This document shows, in pieces, positions 1 to 7,873 of a stretch of DNA of 17,485 nucleotides. A model generated the notes under the pieces. It worked only from the letters and a program-made list of their open reading frames with translations. It had not been told where the DNA came from and did no database searches. The first letter of the stretch is position 1. Every line of letters starts with the position of its first letter. The position numbers and the translations under genes were made by a program. The DNA is from Myxococcota bacterium (GTDB taxonomy: Bacteria; Myxococcota_A; Polyangia; Polyangiales; Sandaracinaceae): the NCBI GenBank assembly GCA_036149055.1, contig JAYZQJ010000176.1:1-17485 (forward strand). Direction: 5' to 3'.

Positions 1-1
1 G

Positions 2-166
2 ACCGTCGACCGTCGGGACTCCCCGAAGGTCTCCCTCGAAGACGGGAAGTCTAAGAAGATCGTCACGCTCCGCGAGAAGGGACGGGCCGAGGTCCGCCCT
101 CGCGCGAGCGCCCCGCGCGATGCGCGCACGGACGGCGAGCCCCCGGACCCAGCCACCGACAATTGA
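2..166 (+). CDS. Probable 3' end of a gene entering from the left edge (partial, product unknown)
   Basis: Frame 2 is open from the window edge (TVDRRDSPKVSLEDGKSKKIVTLREKGRAEVRP...PATDN) to TGA at 164-166, mostly G/C-ending codons, followed at once by a perfect hairpin. Confidence 0.5.
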   Translation, partial: TVDRRDSPKVSLEDGKSKKIVTLREKGRAEVRPRASAPRDARTDGEPPDPATDN

Positions 167-172
167 GCTCTC

Positions 173-201
173 GCGCGGCTCGATCACGGCTCGAGCCGCG
201 C
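173..201 (+). terminator. GC-rich hairpin just after the stop codon, possible terminator or stability element
   Basis: GCGCGGCTCGA (173-183) / TCGAGCCGCGC (191-201): perfect 11-bp stem, 7-nt loop, no U-tract. Confidence 0.4.
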
Positions 202-367
202 ATCGGTGCGTCCGCCGCTGGGCGCGCCAGAGAGGATTCCGCTCCTGGCGCACGTGATGGCCGCGTTTCGGCTCGTTCGGTTGGTTCGCCAGGTCGATCA
301 GCCGAGGAACATCCGCGGATCGGCCTGATCGCGTGGGGTGCGCTCGGGAGTTCAGGCAGTACCTGGT

Positions 368-455
368 CGAGAGAAGCCGGAAGAACTACGGGACCTGGTC
401 GCGAGAGCTAACGAGAGAAGCCGGAAGAACTACGGGACCTGGTCGCGAGAGCCAA
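368..455. repeat. 44-bp tandem duplication (2 copies)
   Basis: CGAGAGAAGCCGGAAGAACTACGGGACCTGGTCGCGAGAGC(T/C)AA at 368-411 and 412-455, 43/44 identical; ACCTGGTCG also occurs at 361-369. Confidence 0.95.
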
Positions 456-480
456 ACGACGAGGGGAAGCGGTTCCCGAT

Positions 481-1989
481 CTACATCTGGCCGCTGTCGA
501 ACACGGTCTTCGGGGCGGGGATGTCGCCGTCGTCCGCGGTGACCAGCCGGAGGCGCACCGTCGTGTCGGTGCCCTCGGTCTGGATGTCCACGAGGCCGAA
601 GTTCAGCCCGCCGAAGGGGTTCTTGTTCAGACCCTCGCGCCCTTCGATCAGCGCGGCCTCGGTGTAGAGCCGGCGGCCCTTGCCCATGACGGAGCGCATC
701 GCGGGCGCGGACTCGGCGGCGAGGCGGTGGGCGAGGCCCTGGTGGTTCGAGATCGCGCTGGAGACCAGCTGCACGGCCCGGGCGCTGCTCTCCTTCCACT
801 TGAACTGCACGGCGCAACCCACGTGGATGTCCCCGCCCACGAGCACGAGGCGCTGATGGGGGTGGGCCTCGTGGTGCCGCTCGAGCAGCTCGAGCAGGGC
901 GTCGCGGCTGCCGTGCGCGCGGGCGTGGGACCAGCGGTCGGAGGCGTCGCTGCCCTCCCCCGTCAGGTCGCCGCCCAGCGTCGCCATCCAGTCGGGCACG
1001 TGGAGGATGGGCACGCTGAGCACGAGCACCATGGCCTTCGCGTCGCCGTTCGCTCTCATGAATCGCCGCATGTCCGCGAGCTGCGAGCGCTCGAAGAGCC
1101 AGAGGCTGTCGCCCTCGAGGTGGCGCTGACTGCGGAGGTCCATGACGAAGACGGCGGCGTCTCCGTGTCGGAAGCCGTGGTGGAACGACGGCGGCCGACG
1201 CTCGCCGAACACGCGCCGCGCCTGGTAGTCGTGGAAGGCGTCGAGCGCGCCGTCCCTGACCGCCTGCCAGCGCGGCTCGCCGTGCTCGGGCGCGGAGCCG
1301 AAGTTGTCGACGATCTCGTGGTCGTCGAGGATCGGGTGGGTGGCCCAGCGCCGCATGAGCTCGGTGAACCGGTCGGTCTTCCAGAAGATGCGGTGCCGCT
1401 CCTGGTAGAGGTGCCGGATCTCCTCCCGCGTGCAGTCGAGGATGGTCTCCCGGTTCGGCGGCGCGACCTCGCGGAAGAACTCCGGGTCGAAGAGCGAGAG
1501 CGCCGCCGGCAGGTCTCCGTACACCTGGTCGCCCATCAGCATCAGTCGCGAGGCGCCCGCCTCCTCCAGCGCGTCGGGAGCCACCGACAGCGTGCGCAGC
1601 GCGGTGGTCTCGAGGTGCCCGTCGGGGTTGAAGGGGTTGTGACAGCTCGCGACCCCGAAGGTGAACCGGCGCGCCTCCTCGCTGCCGGGCTCGGGCGCCG
1701 TGCGAAAGAAGCCCTCCCCCACCCGGTCGTCGCTGTCCCGATGGGTGACGGTGAAGGAGTAGCGCGTCCCCGGCGTCAGCTCGCAAGCCCCGGGCACCTC
1801 CTGCGGGTAGAGCAGCGAGAAGGTCCCGTCGGTCTGCAGCGGGTTGGTCGGCGTGACGGTGGCCTCGTGCGCCTCGGCGTCACCGTCGAGAGACCGGATC
1901 CGCACGCGGTGCTCCCCCGGATGCGGGCTCCGCGCGAACAGCCGGGCCGAGCGACGATCCACCCGCCCCGCCCCCACCGTCCGCTCCAT
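481..1989 (-). CDS. phoD: Alkaline phosphatase D (PhoD)-family metallophosphoesterase, about 502 aa (alternative start at 2067)
   Basis: PhoD motifs in order: FGVASCHNP, LMGDQVYGD, ILDDHEIVDN, VMDLRSQR, DRWS, VLVGGDIH. The ORF-track start at 2355 overlaps the OmpA gene and its terminator, so ATG 1989 or 2067 is preferred. Confidence 0.85.
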   Translation of the reverse strand: MERTVGAGRVDRRSARLFARSPHPGEHRVRIRSLDGDAEAHEATVTPTNPLQTDGTFSLLYPQEVPGACELTPGTRYSFTVTHRDSDDRVGEGFFRTAPEPGSEEARRFTFGVASCHNPFNPDGHLETTALRTLSVAPDALEEAGASRLMLMGDQVYGDLPAALSLFDPEFFREVAPPNRETILDCTREEIRHLYQERHRIFWKTDRFTELMRRWATHPILDDHEIVDNFGSAPEHGEPRWQAVRDGALDAFHDYQARRVFGERRPPSFHHGFRHGDAAVFVMDLRSQRHLEGDSLWLFERSQLADMRRFMRANGDAKAMVLVLSVPILHVPDWMATLGGDLTGEGSDASDRWSHARAHGSRDALLELLERHHEAHPHQRLVLVGGDIHVGCAVQFKWKESSARAVQLVSSAISNHQGLAHRLAAESAPAMRSVMGKGRRLYTEAALIEGREGLNKNPFGGLNFGLVDIQTEGTDTTVRLRLVTADDGDIPAPKTVFDSGQM

Positions 1990-2079
1990 CGGCCGATCGA
2001 AGAAGGGGCCGCGCCCGTGCAGCGCGGGGCGGTCGGCCCGAGGCGGACCAAGGCGGTCATGTCCCATGTCCCGTCCCGC

Positions 2080-2095
2080 AGCATTCGCCGTGCCG
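2080..2095 (-). promoter_or_regulatory. Sigma-54 (-24/-12) promoter-like motif upstream of the phoD-like gene
   Basis: Minus strand CGGCACG-GCGA-ATGCT; GG-N10-GC spacing is exact (consensus TGGCAC-N5-TTGCW). Confidence 0.55.
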
Positions 2096-2195
2096 CAGTG
2101 CGTCGTCGCGCGAGGCCGTGGCGCGTGGCCCTCCGCTGCGTGCGCTCCTGCCCCACCGCGCCCACTTGTCCCACCTCTCTCGTCACGACGAACGA

Positions 2196-2232
2196 CGAAG
2201 CCCCGCCCTCCGAGATGGGGGGCGGGGCTTCG
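2196..2232 (-). terminator. Intrinsic terminator-like hairpin after the OmpA-family gene
   Basis: CGAAGCCCCGCCCTCC / GGGGGGCGGGGCTTCG, 16-bp stem with one imperfect pair, 16 nt past the stop; followed on the minus strand by TCGTTCGTCG. Confidence 0.7.
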
Positions 2233-2248
2233 CTCCGGGACGTCGAGG

Positions 2249-3217
2249 TCAGCGCTGCGACACGCGCTGCTCGGACGCGCCGAGCACGATCTCGACGCGG
2301 CGGTTGTTGGCGCGGCCCTCGGGCGAGCCGTTCGGCGCGACGGGCTCGGCCTCACCGCGACCCACCGCGCTCACGCGGCCCTCCTCCACGCCCTGCTCGA
2401 CGAGGAAGCGGCGCACCGCCTCCGCGCGCCGGCGCGAGAGGTCCTCGTTGTATCCGTCGCTGCCGCGCGAGTCGGTGTGGCCCTCGACCCGGATGCTGCG
2501 GTCCGGCTGGGCACGGAGCGCCGCCGCGACCGCCTCGAGACGCTGACGCGCGTTGGGGCGGAGCTCGGCCTGGTCGTACTCGAAGAGCACCTCACCGCTG
2601 AGGGTGATGATGGTCTCGTTCTGCTCCTCGCGGACCTGCGCCAGCTCGCTCAGCCGGCTCATGGCGTCGGCGGCCCGGCGCTCGGCTTCGGCGCGACGCT
2701 CGCGCTCGGCGACCAGCTCGGCCTCCCGCTGCGCCAGCTCCTGCTCGCGCGCCTGCAGCTCCTCGGTCCGCGCATCGAGGGTGTCGCCGCGCTCCTCGAG
2801 CTCGGACCGGACGTCGCCCAGCTCGGAGCGCACGTCGGCGAGGGCGTCGCCCTGCACCTCCAGCGCGCGGTTGCGCGCGATGGTCGCGTCTTCCAGCTCG
2901 TCGACGTACTCGGCGTGCGCCTCCTGGGTCTGGCTCCGCACGTGGGCCGCGCGGGCGTTCGCCATCGCGAGCCGCGCCTGACGGTCGGCGAGGTAGGCGT
3001 AGTGACGCTCGTCCTCCGAGCCGTCGCTGGCGCGCTCGGCCTGGGCGAGGAGCCGCTCGGCCTCCCGGACCTCGTCGGGCTCCAGACGCGCGGCCAGGCT
3101 CTGCTCGGCTTCGTTCATCGTCTGCCGCGCCTGCTCGAGCTGCGGCGAGATGCTCGCGCCGCACGCGGTGGTGGCGAGGAGCGCGGCCGGGATCGTGATC
3201 TTCTGGATGATGTTCAT
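2249..3217 (-). CDS. OmpA/MotB-family peptidoglycan-binding lipoprotein with DUF4398-like N-terminus and coiled coil, 322 aa
   Basis: Signal/lipobox ALLATTAC; GGAAGGGA RBS; helical AEQ-rich middle; OmpA_C motifs VLFEYDQAEL, IRVEGHTDSRGSDGYNEDLSRRRAEAV, ANNRRVEI. Confidence 0.9.
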   Translation of the reverse strand: MNIIQKITIPAALLATTACGASISPQLEQARQTMNEAEQSLAARLEPDEVREAERLLAQAERASDGSEDERHYAYLADRQARLAMANARAAHVRSQTQEAHAEYVDELEDATIARNRALEVQGDALADVRSELGDVRSELEERGDTLDARTEELQAREQELAQREAELVAERERRAEAERRAADAMSRLSELAQVREEQNETIITLSGEVLFEYDQAELRPNARQRLEAVAAALRAQPDRSIRVEGHTDSRGSDGYNEDLSRRRAEAVRRFLVEQGVEEGRVSAVGRGEAEPVAPNGSPEGRANNRRVEIVLGASEQRVSQR

Positions 3218-3234
3218 GTCGTTCCCTTCCGTCC

Positions 3235-3606
3235 TCAGAGGTGCCGCTCGCGCATGTCGCGGATCCGGTCGCGCGTCTCCGACGCGTCCTGGCTGACCGC
3301 CGCCTCGCGAGTCAGGGCGATCGCGAGCTCCGCGTCCGCCTCGGCCTGGCGCAGCAGTCGCTCGGCGCGTTGCATCTGCCCTTCGTCGATCAGCGCCTCG
3401 GCGCTGGCCATCTGCTCTTCGGCGAGCTCGAGGTAGTAGGAAGCCTGGGGCTGCCCCTCGGCGCCCACCTCGCGCGCGCTGCGCATCGCCGCCGTCGCCT
3501 CCGCCTGCGCGCCGTGCGGGACCGCGGCCCCGCCGCAACCCGTGGACGCGAGGAGAAGACCGGCGCCGAGCGCGACGCCCGCTCGTCTCATCAACTCGGT
3601 GTTCAT
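3235..3606 (-). CDS. DUF4398-type small helical lipoprotein, 123 aa
   Basis: GGAGGA RBS before ATG 3606; lipobox LLLASTGC; AREVGA...YLELAEEQ...A.RLL.QAEADAELA pattern; typical position directly upstream of a DUF4398-OmpA gene. Confidence 0.8.
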   Translation of the reverse strand: MNTELMRRAGVALGAGLLLASTGCGGAAVPHGAQAEATAAMRSAREVGAEGQPQASYYLELAEEQMASAEALIDEGQMQRAERLLRQAEADAELAIALTREAAVSQDASETRDRIRDMRERHL

Positions 3607-3634
3607 GTATTCCTCCGTGTTCAGGCGAGCACGC

Positions 3635-3650
3635 AGCAAGACACCGGCCA
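3635..3650 (-). promoter_or_regulatory. Sigma-54 promoter-like motif for the DUF4398/OmpA operon
   Basis: Minus strand TGGCCGG-TGTC-TTGCT: exact GG-N10-GC, perfect -12 box; predicted start near 3624 leaves the RBS in the leader. Confidence 0.6.
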
Positions 3651-3667
3651 GCCGTCGCGATGGGGAA

Positions 3668-3704
3668 CCTCGCCTCGCTCGCCCTCGGGCGTAGCGAGGC
3701 GAGG
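3668..3704 (-). terminator. Hairpin downstream of the protease gene
   Basis: CCTCGCCTCGCT-CGCCC / GGGCG-T-AGCGAGGCGAGG long stem with a single bulge, 34 nt after the stop. Confidence 0.55.
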
Positions 3705-3738
3705 CGTCACATGACTCGTTCGACCTCGGTGAGGGCGC

Positions 3739-4818
3739 TCAGATCCGGCCCATCTGCGTGACCAACCAGCTCCGGATGCTCGACCCGGCGACGCGCGCGG
3801 CTCCATTCAGCGTCCCGCGCCCCCCCGAGTGGATCCCGAGCAGGAAGAAGCTCCCGCCACTGGTCCGGTAGTAGACCGGGCCGCCGCTGTGCCCCTCGGT
3901 CGTGTCGCAGTTGTGGGTGAGGCGGTCGGACGTGACGGAGGTGAGGGCGCAGCTCGTCATCCCCCACAGGCCGGTGCGGTCGGTCGGGAAGCCGTGGTTT
4001 CGGGCGGTCAGCGCGCGAAGGCTCGCGTCGCTCGTGATCTGGCTCATCCCCATGCGCAGCACGCCAGGGCTCGAGGCGAGCCGCAGGATCGCGTAGTCGT
4101 GCCGTGCCCGATTGATGCCCGAACCGATCCAGGTCGAGCTGAACTTGCGGTTGGTCACCGCGATGCAGCCGGCGGTCGGGAAGCAGACTTCCCCGCGGAC
4201 CGGCCCGGTCGTCCCGCGAATCCACGCGTCGGCGCCCCGGTCGTACATGCAGTGGGCGGCGGTCGCGACGTGGTGCTCGCTGATCAGCGTCCCGGTGCAC
4301 TGCTGCTGGCAGCCCTGTGGGTGCTCCGGGGGACAGTCCTCGGCGCGGAAGCGGATCTGATAGCGGCCGATGGCCGAGAACGGATGTGACCCCGCGAAGA
4401 CGACGCGCGTGCGCTGGTCGCCTCCCACGATCTGCTCCGCCGTGGCCATGCCGGGCCCCCCGAACACGTCGAGCGTCGGCACGTGTGCGGCGGGTTCCTC
4501 GTCGAGCCGGGCGTCGTAGCTGGCGACGAGTCGGGTCACGAGCTCGGGGTCCGGAGGATCGGCGTAGTAGTCACGGCCGTCCTCACCCTCCATGCGCACG
4601 CCGTCGAGGCCCGACGCCGGTCCGTCGATCGACGACACCGCGTCGGCGGCCCGGTGGTTCAGGATCGCTGCGTAGTCCGAGGTCGTGCGTGCGGGGCCCA
4701 GATCGTGCCACTCCACCCCGAGCTCGTCCCGAAAGCTTCGGTCCTCCAGGTCATCGGTGGAAGCGCAACCGGCCAGCGCCGTCGCGGTCCACAGCGTCAT
4801 CAGCATCCTCGTTCTCAT
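3739..4818 (-). CDS. Trypsin-like (V8/glutamyl endopeptidase-like, S1) serine protease lipoprotein, 359 aa
   Basis: Lipobox ALAGC; catalytic triad motifs CTGTLI...TAAHC, DYAIL, CDTTEGHSGGPV; GIH motif; IVGG at the start of the protease domain; GGAGGG RBS. Confidence 0.9.
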   Translation of the reverse strand: MRTRMLMTLWTATALAGCASTDDLEDRSFRDELGVEWHDLGPARTTSDYAAILNHRAADAVSSIDGPASGLDGVRMEGEDGRDYYADPPDPELVTRLVASYDARLDEEPAAHVPTLDVFGGPGMATAEQIVGGDQRTRVVFAGSHPFSAIGRYQIRFRAEDCPPEHPQGCQQQCTGTLISEHHVATAAHCMYDRGADAWIRGTTGPVRGEVCFPTAGCIAVTNRKFSSTWIGSGINRARHDYAILRLASSPGVLRMGMSQITSDASLRALTARNHGFPTDRTGLWGMTSCALTSVTSDRLTHNCDTTEGHSGGPVYYRTSGGSFFLLGIHSGGRGTLNGAARVAGSSIRSWLVTQMGRI

Positions 4819-4857
4819 GTTCGCCCTCCGTGGGTTCGATGAACGAGGCGCGGCCTC

Positions 4858-4873
4858 CGCACTTTCGGTACCA
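4858..4873 (-). promoter_or_regulatory. Sigma-54 promoter-like motif upstream of the protease
   Basis: Minus strand TGGTACC-GAAA-GTGCG, exact GG-N10-GC, about 40 nt upstream of the ATG. Confidence 0.5.
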
Positions 4874-4948
4874 GGTGCGGTCGCGGGCCCGGAGTGATGC
4901 GATTCGAGGCCCGCACCGACGTCGGCACGTCACTCACGACGCGCGACG

Positions 4949-5506
4949 TCAGGAGGCGCGGAGCACGTCGAGCCGCAGCGTCAGGCGGAACCGGATCTCG
5001 TGATCGGTCACCTGGACCTCGCCGTCCTCCACGCGGGTGCCGAGGGCCTCGAGCTGCTGGAGGTTCGGGCCCAGGTCGAAGCGGCTGTCGAGGGTCTCGG
5101 TGAAGTTCCAGACCAGCCCGGTGGAGTGAGCCGTGATCGCCTTGTTGATGATCGCGACGATGCCCTCGTCGATCTTGTCCGGGACGTTCACGAGGTCGCC
5201 GCCTTCGATGTCGAGCTGAAAGGCGAGCGCCTTGCCGGCCGGATCGCTCTCCACGATGGTCGGCGAGAGTCGCACGGTGACCTGACGGATCTCGCCTTTG
5301 ACCGGGAGGCCCTTCCACTCGTAGCGAAAGCGGCCCGAGGTCCGCACGACGGCCCCGGCGCCGGCCTCGAGGTGGACGTCTTCGGGCTCGTCCAGCTCGA
5401 TCCAGCGCTCGGGGTCCTCGGGACCGTTGATGTGGATTCGCAGGGGGGTGAGCTCTCGGAGCCACACCCGCAGCTCCTCCTGGGTGATGACGGTCTCGTT
5501 GATCAT
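4949..5506 (-). CDS. Hypothetical protein, 185 aa, no signal peptide
   Basis: Balanced globular composition unlike the Arg/Pro-rich shadow frames; starts 7 nt after the stop of the upstream gene, so probably co-transcribed. Confidence 0.8.
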   Translation of the reverse strand: MINETVITQEELRVWLRELTPLRIHINGPEDPERWIELDEPEDVHLEAGAGAVVRTSGRFRYEWKGLPVKGEIRQVTVRLSPTIVESDPAGKALAFQLDIEGGDLVNVPDKIDEGIVAIINKAITAHSTGLVWNFTETLDSRFDLGPNLQQLEALGTRVEDGEVQVTDHEIRFRLTLRLDVLRAS

Positions 5507-5513
5507 GCCGAGA

Positions 5514-7208
5514 TCAGGGTAGGCACCCGTAGGTGTTCGCCCAGACCTGCGGCTCGACGTCGGTCGGCGAGACGCGCCCGCCGAAGAGGACGAAGCCCGT
5601 CGGTCCGTAGCGCGGCGCGCTGGCGCCCCAGAGGGTCGGCATCAGCGGGCCGGTGGAGCCGACGGAGCTCGAGGCGACGTCGGCGAAGGGCTGGTGACGG
5701 AGGCGCAGGGTCTCCCGGTCGGCCGGCTCCTCCTCGAGCGCGCACCACTCGGCGCCCGCCTCGGACAGGCTCGCGCCGATCACGAGACCCTCGACCGGAG
5801 CGCCGACCGGGCGGATGGCGCTCGTCGCGCTCGGCGCGGCCGGCACGAAGCGGAAGGCCTGTGTGAAGCGGTCCGGGCGCTCACCCCAGCCGACGAAGGC
5901 GAGGGCGGAGCGACGGGTGGGGTCGCCGTCGGGGTCCACCGCGAGGTGGATGCTGCGCGGCGCGACGTCCCCCGGCAGGGTGAAGCGACCGCCGCGCGCG
6001 CCGACCTCGAGGGTCGGCTCGAGGCGCACGGAGTAGACGTAGGCGTAGCGAGTGGTGGTGACGACGTCCTGGTCGAGCACGCCGAACAGGATGCGGTCCG
6101 ATCCGAAGGCGACCGCGTGAGCGCCGCTCTCGGTGATGTCGGTGGCCCGCGACTCGTAGATCAGCGCCTCCTGGCTCACCGGGGCCGCGTCGGCGGCCGA
6201 GAGCGCGCGCAGGTAGTGGCGCTGCCCTCGCTGCCAGAGCGCGTACGGGGCGCCGCCCACGACCACGAGGTCGGTCGGGCGCGAGAGCGTGTCCACGTCG
6301 ATCCGCGCCGCGGTCGGCGAGGAGGCGCCGTCGAGCCGCATCGCACGCGCCCGGAGCCCGTCGTCGGCCTTCCAGAGCACGTAGGCGTGACGCTCGCCGC
6401 CCGACTCACCGAGCGCGATCCGGGGGATGGCGTCGCCGCTCACCGGCGCCGCGCCGATGACGGCGGGGCTGCCCTCGAGCGCCCCGGTCGCGTCGAGGCG
6501 CTGCATGACGAGCTCGCCGCCCGGGCGCACCCAGACGGCCGCCGCGCCGGCGCCATCGGCCGCGAGCGCGAGGTTGCGCCCGACCTCGTCGTACTCACCG
6601 AGCATGGTGGGCGTCGGCGAGAGCGCGAGCGTGCCCTCGTCCACCGCGCCGTCACAGTCCTGGTCGACCAGGTCGCAGGTCTCCCCGGCGCCGGGGAAGA
6701 TGGCGGGCAGGCGGTCGTCGCAGTCACCGGCGGTGTCGACGTAGCCCTCGGGCACGTCGCAGTCGACGACGGTGCGCGCGGGATCGCCGAATCCATCGCC
6801 GTCCGCGTCCGCGTAGAACGTGGCGTCGACGACGTCCTCGTCGGCCACCCCGTCACAGTCGTTGTCGATGCCGTCGCAGCGCTCGTCGGCGAGCGGGCGG
6901 CAGGTGGGGGACGTGTCGTCGCAGTCCTCCCCGTTGTCGGCCACGCCGTCGGGGCGCGCGCCGCACCAGGTCGTGGGCGCGGTCGGGTCGCCGTATCCGT
7001 CGCCGTCCGCGTCGAGGAAGCCGCTGCGTCGCTCGCAGCCCGGCTCCGCGTCGCCCGGGATCACCGGCGCGCCGGCGTCCGAGGCGTCGGCCGTCTGGAC
7101 GGCGCCGTCCGGCGCGTCCATCCCCGCGGTCTCGCAGCCCAGCGCGAAGACCGCGCCGACCAGGACCGCTCCGCAGCTCATCCATGTCTTCTCCAAGAAC
7201 ATCGTCAT
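5514..7208 (-). CDS. Lipoprotein with two putative metal-binding (MopE-type Cys/Asp) repeats and a beta-rich C-terminal domain (start may be 7202)
   Basis: Lipobox FALGC; two units of DADGDG(Y/F)G...DCDD...E.CD..D.DCDG..DE; GAAGGA RBS fits ATG 7202. Confidence 0.85.
   Translation of the reverse strand: MTMFLEKTWMSCGAVLVGAVFALGCETAGMDAPDGAVQTADASDAGAPVIPGDAEPGCERRSGFLDADGDGYGDPTAPTTWCGARPDGVADNGEDCDDTSPTCRPLADERCDGIDNDCDGVADEDVVDATFYADADGDGFGDPARTVVDCDVPEGYVDTAGDCDDRLPAIFPGAGETCDLVDQDCDGAVDEGTLALSPTPTMLGEYDEVGRNLALAADGAGAAAVWVRPGGELVMQRLDATGALEGSPAVIGAAPVSGDAIPRIALGESGGERHAYVLWKADDGLRARAMRLDGASSPTAARIDVDTLSRPTDLVVVGGAPYALWQRGQRHYLRALSAADAAPVSQEALIYESRATDITESGAHAVAFGSDRILFGVLDQDVVTTTRYAYVYSVRLEPTLEVGARGGRFTLPGDVAPRSIHLAVDPDGDPTRRSALAFVGWGERPDRFTQAFRFVPAAPSATSAIRPVGAPVEGLVIGASLSEAGAEWCALEEEPADRETLRLRHQPFADVASSSVGSTGPLMPTLWGASAPRYGPTGFVLFGGRVSPTDVEPQVWANTYGCLP
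6633..7019 (-). repeat. Two 67-aa-period intragenic Cys/Asp-rich repeats
   Basis: aa 64-125 and 131-192 of the 5514..7208 protein align motif for motif. Confidence 0.8.
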
Positions 7209-7244
7209 CCTTCTCGTGATCGTTTTCGGTCGGCTGCGGCGCCG

Positions 7245-7282
7245 CGGCCGCTCGCGCCTCCTCGGTCGGAGGGGAGCGGCCG
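7245..7282 (-). terminator. Hairpin after the DUF1328 gene
   Basis: CGGCCGCTC (7245-7253) / GAGCGGCCG (7274-7282) with inner CCTCC/GGAGG; no U-tract. Confidence 0.4.
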
Positions 7283-7298
7283 AAGCGACCGCGGCGGC

Positions 7299-7469
7299 TC
7301 AGACGTTGCGCGAGCGGAGGCTGCCGCTGACGAGGCTGATGGCCGCCAGGATCAGGAAGCCGACGAAGAGCACCTTCGCGATGGTCGCCGCGCCCGCCGC
7401 GATTCCGCCGAAGCCGAAGACGGCCGCGATGAGGGCGAGGACGAAGAAGATCAGAGTCCATTTGAGCAT
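7299..7469 (-). CDS. DUF1328 (UPF0391, YtjA-like) small membrane protein, 56 aa
   Basis: [35 protein letters not shown] matches the family pattern; GGGAGGA RBS. Confidence 0.92.
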   Translation of the reverse strand: MLKWTLIFFVLALIAAVFGFGGIAAGAATIAKVLFVGFLILAAISLVSGSLRSRNV

Positions 7470-7511
7470 GTCGTGTTTCCTCCCGTGGAAATTCGAGTCA
7501 CCGGGAGACAC

Positions 7512-7527
7512 AACAGGAAGCGTGCCA
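7512..7527 (-). promoter_or_regulatory. Imperfect sigma-54 promoter-like motif upstream of the DUF1328 gene
   Basis: Minus strand TGGCACG-CTTC-CTGTT: perfect -24 box, GT in place of GC at -12. Confidence 0.4.
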
Positions 7528-7612
7528 GCGGGCCCTGGACGACGATTCGGGGCCCCGACCGGGTCGCCACGCCACGCTGCGCGCTGCTGCGCAGAGCATG
7601 GGGGCAGGTGCC

Positions 7613-7873
7613 TCAGGTGCCCCAGAGGGCGAGCGCGACGACCTGCAGGATCGCGTACGCGCCGAGGAACACCCCCCACGCGATCACCGACGCGCGCCGG
7701 CCGCCCCGCCACTCCGCGGTGGCGGCCCAGGGCACGAGGACCGCGCGCAGCACGCGACGACCGACGGCGCCCTCCCCGCGCAACGCGTGCACGAGCGCGA
7801 GGCGCAGGGTGAGATAGACGGCGACGGCGAGCGTGAGCCCGAGGCCGAGCCAGACGGCGATCGCGGCGGTCAC
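7613..7873 (-). CDS. Small membrane protein, 86 aa (2-3 hydrophobic segments)
   Basis: GTG start overlaps the upstream TGA (GTGA, 7870-7873) with GAGGAGG upstream; [21 protein letters not shown] and [22 protein letters not shown] are TM-like. It is the 3' part of ORF 7613..8236. Confidence 0.7.
   Translation of the reverse strand: MTAAIAVWLGLGLTLAVAVYLTLRLALVHALRGEGAVGRRVLRAVLVPWAATAEWRGGRRASVIAWGVFLGAYAILQVVALALWGT

Noticed and set aside
368..455. CRISPR array
   Set aside because: Only two abutting copies, no spacer, no cas genes.
322..480. Integron attC site (GCTAAC and GTTCAGGC-like boxes)
   Set aside because: The boxes are in the wrong order or too close, there is no matching long imperfect palindrome, and no integrase is present.
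163..667. Short plus-strand ORFs 163..411, 333..542 and 338..667
   Set aside because: No RBS or family motif; they cross the tandem duplication and two overlap the phoD-like gene in antisense.
2057..2175. Pho box upstream of the phoD-like gene (CATGTCC twice; CCCAC three times at 9-bp spacing)
   Set aside because: Neither the sequence nor the 11-bp period of PhoB boxes is matched; likely chance.
2068..2355. N-terminal extension of the phoD-like ORF
   Set aside because: Low-complexity translation that runs through the OmpA gene end, its terminator and a promoter-like motif.
7606..7623. CAGGTGCCT CAGGTGCCC direct repeat
   Set aside because: Nine-base repeat straddling a stop codon; too short to support a function.
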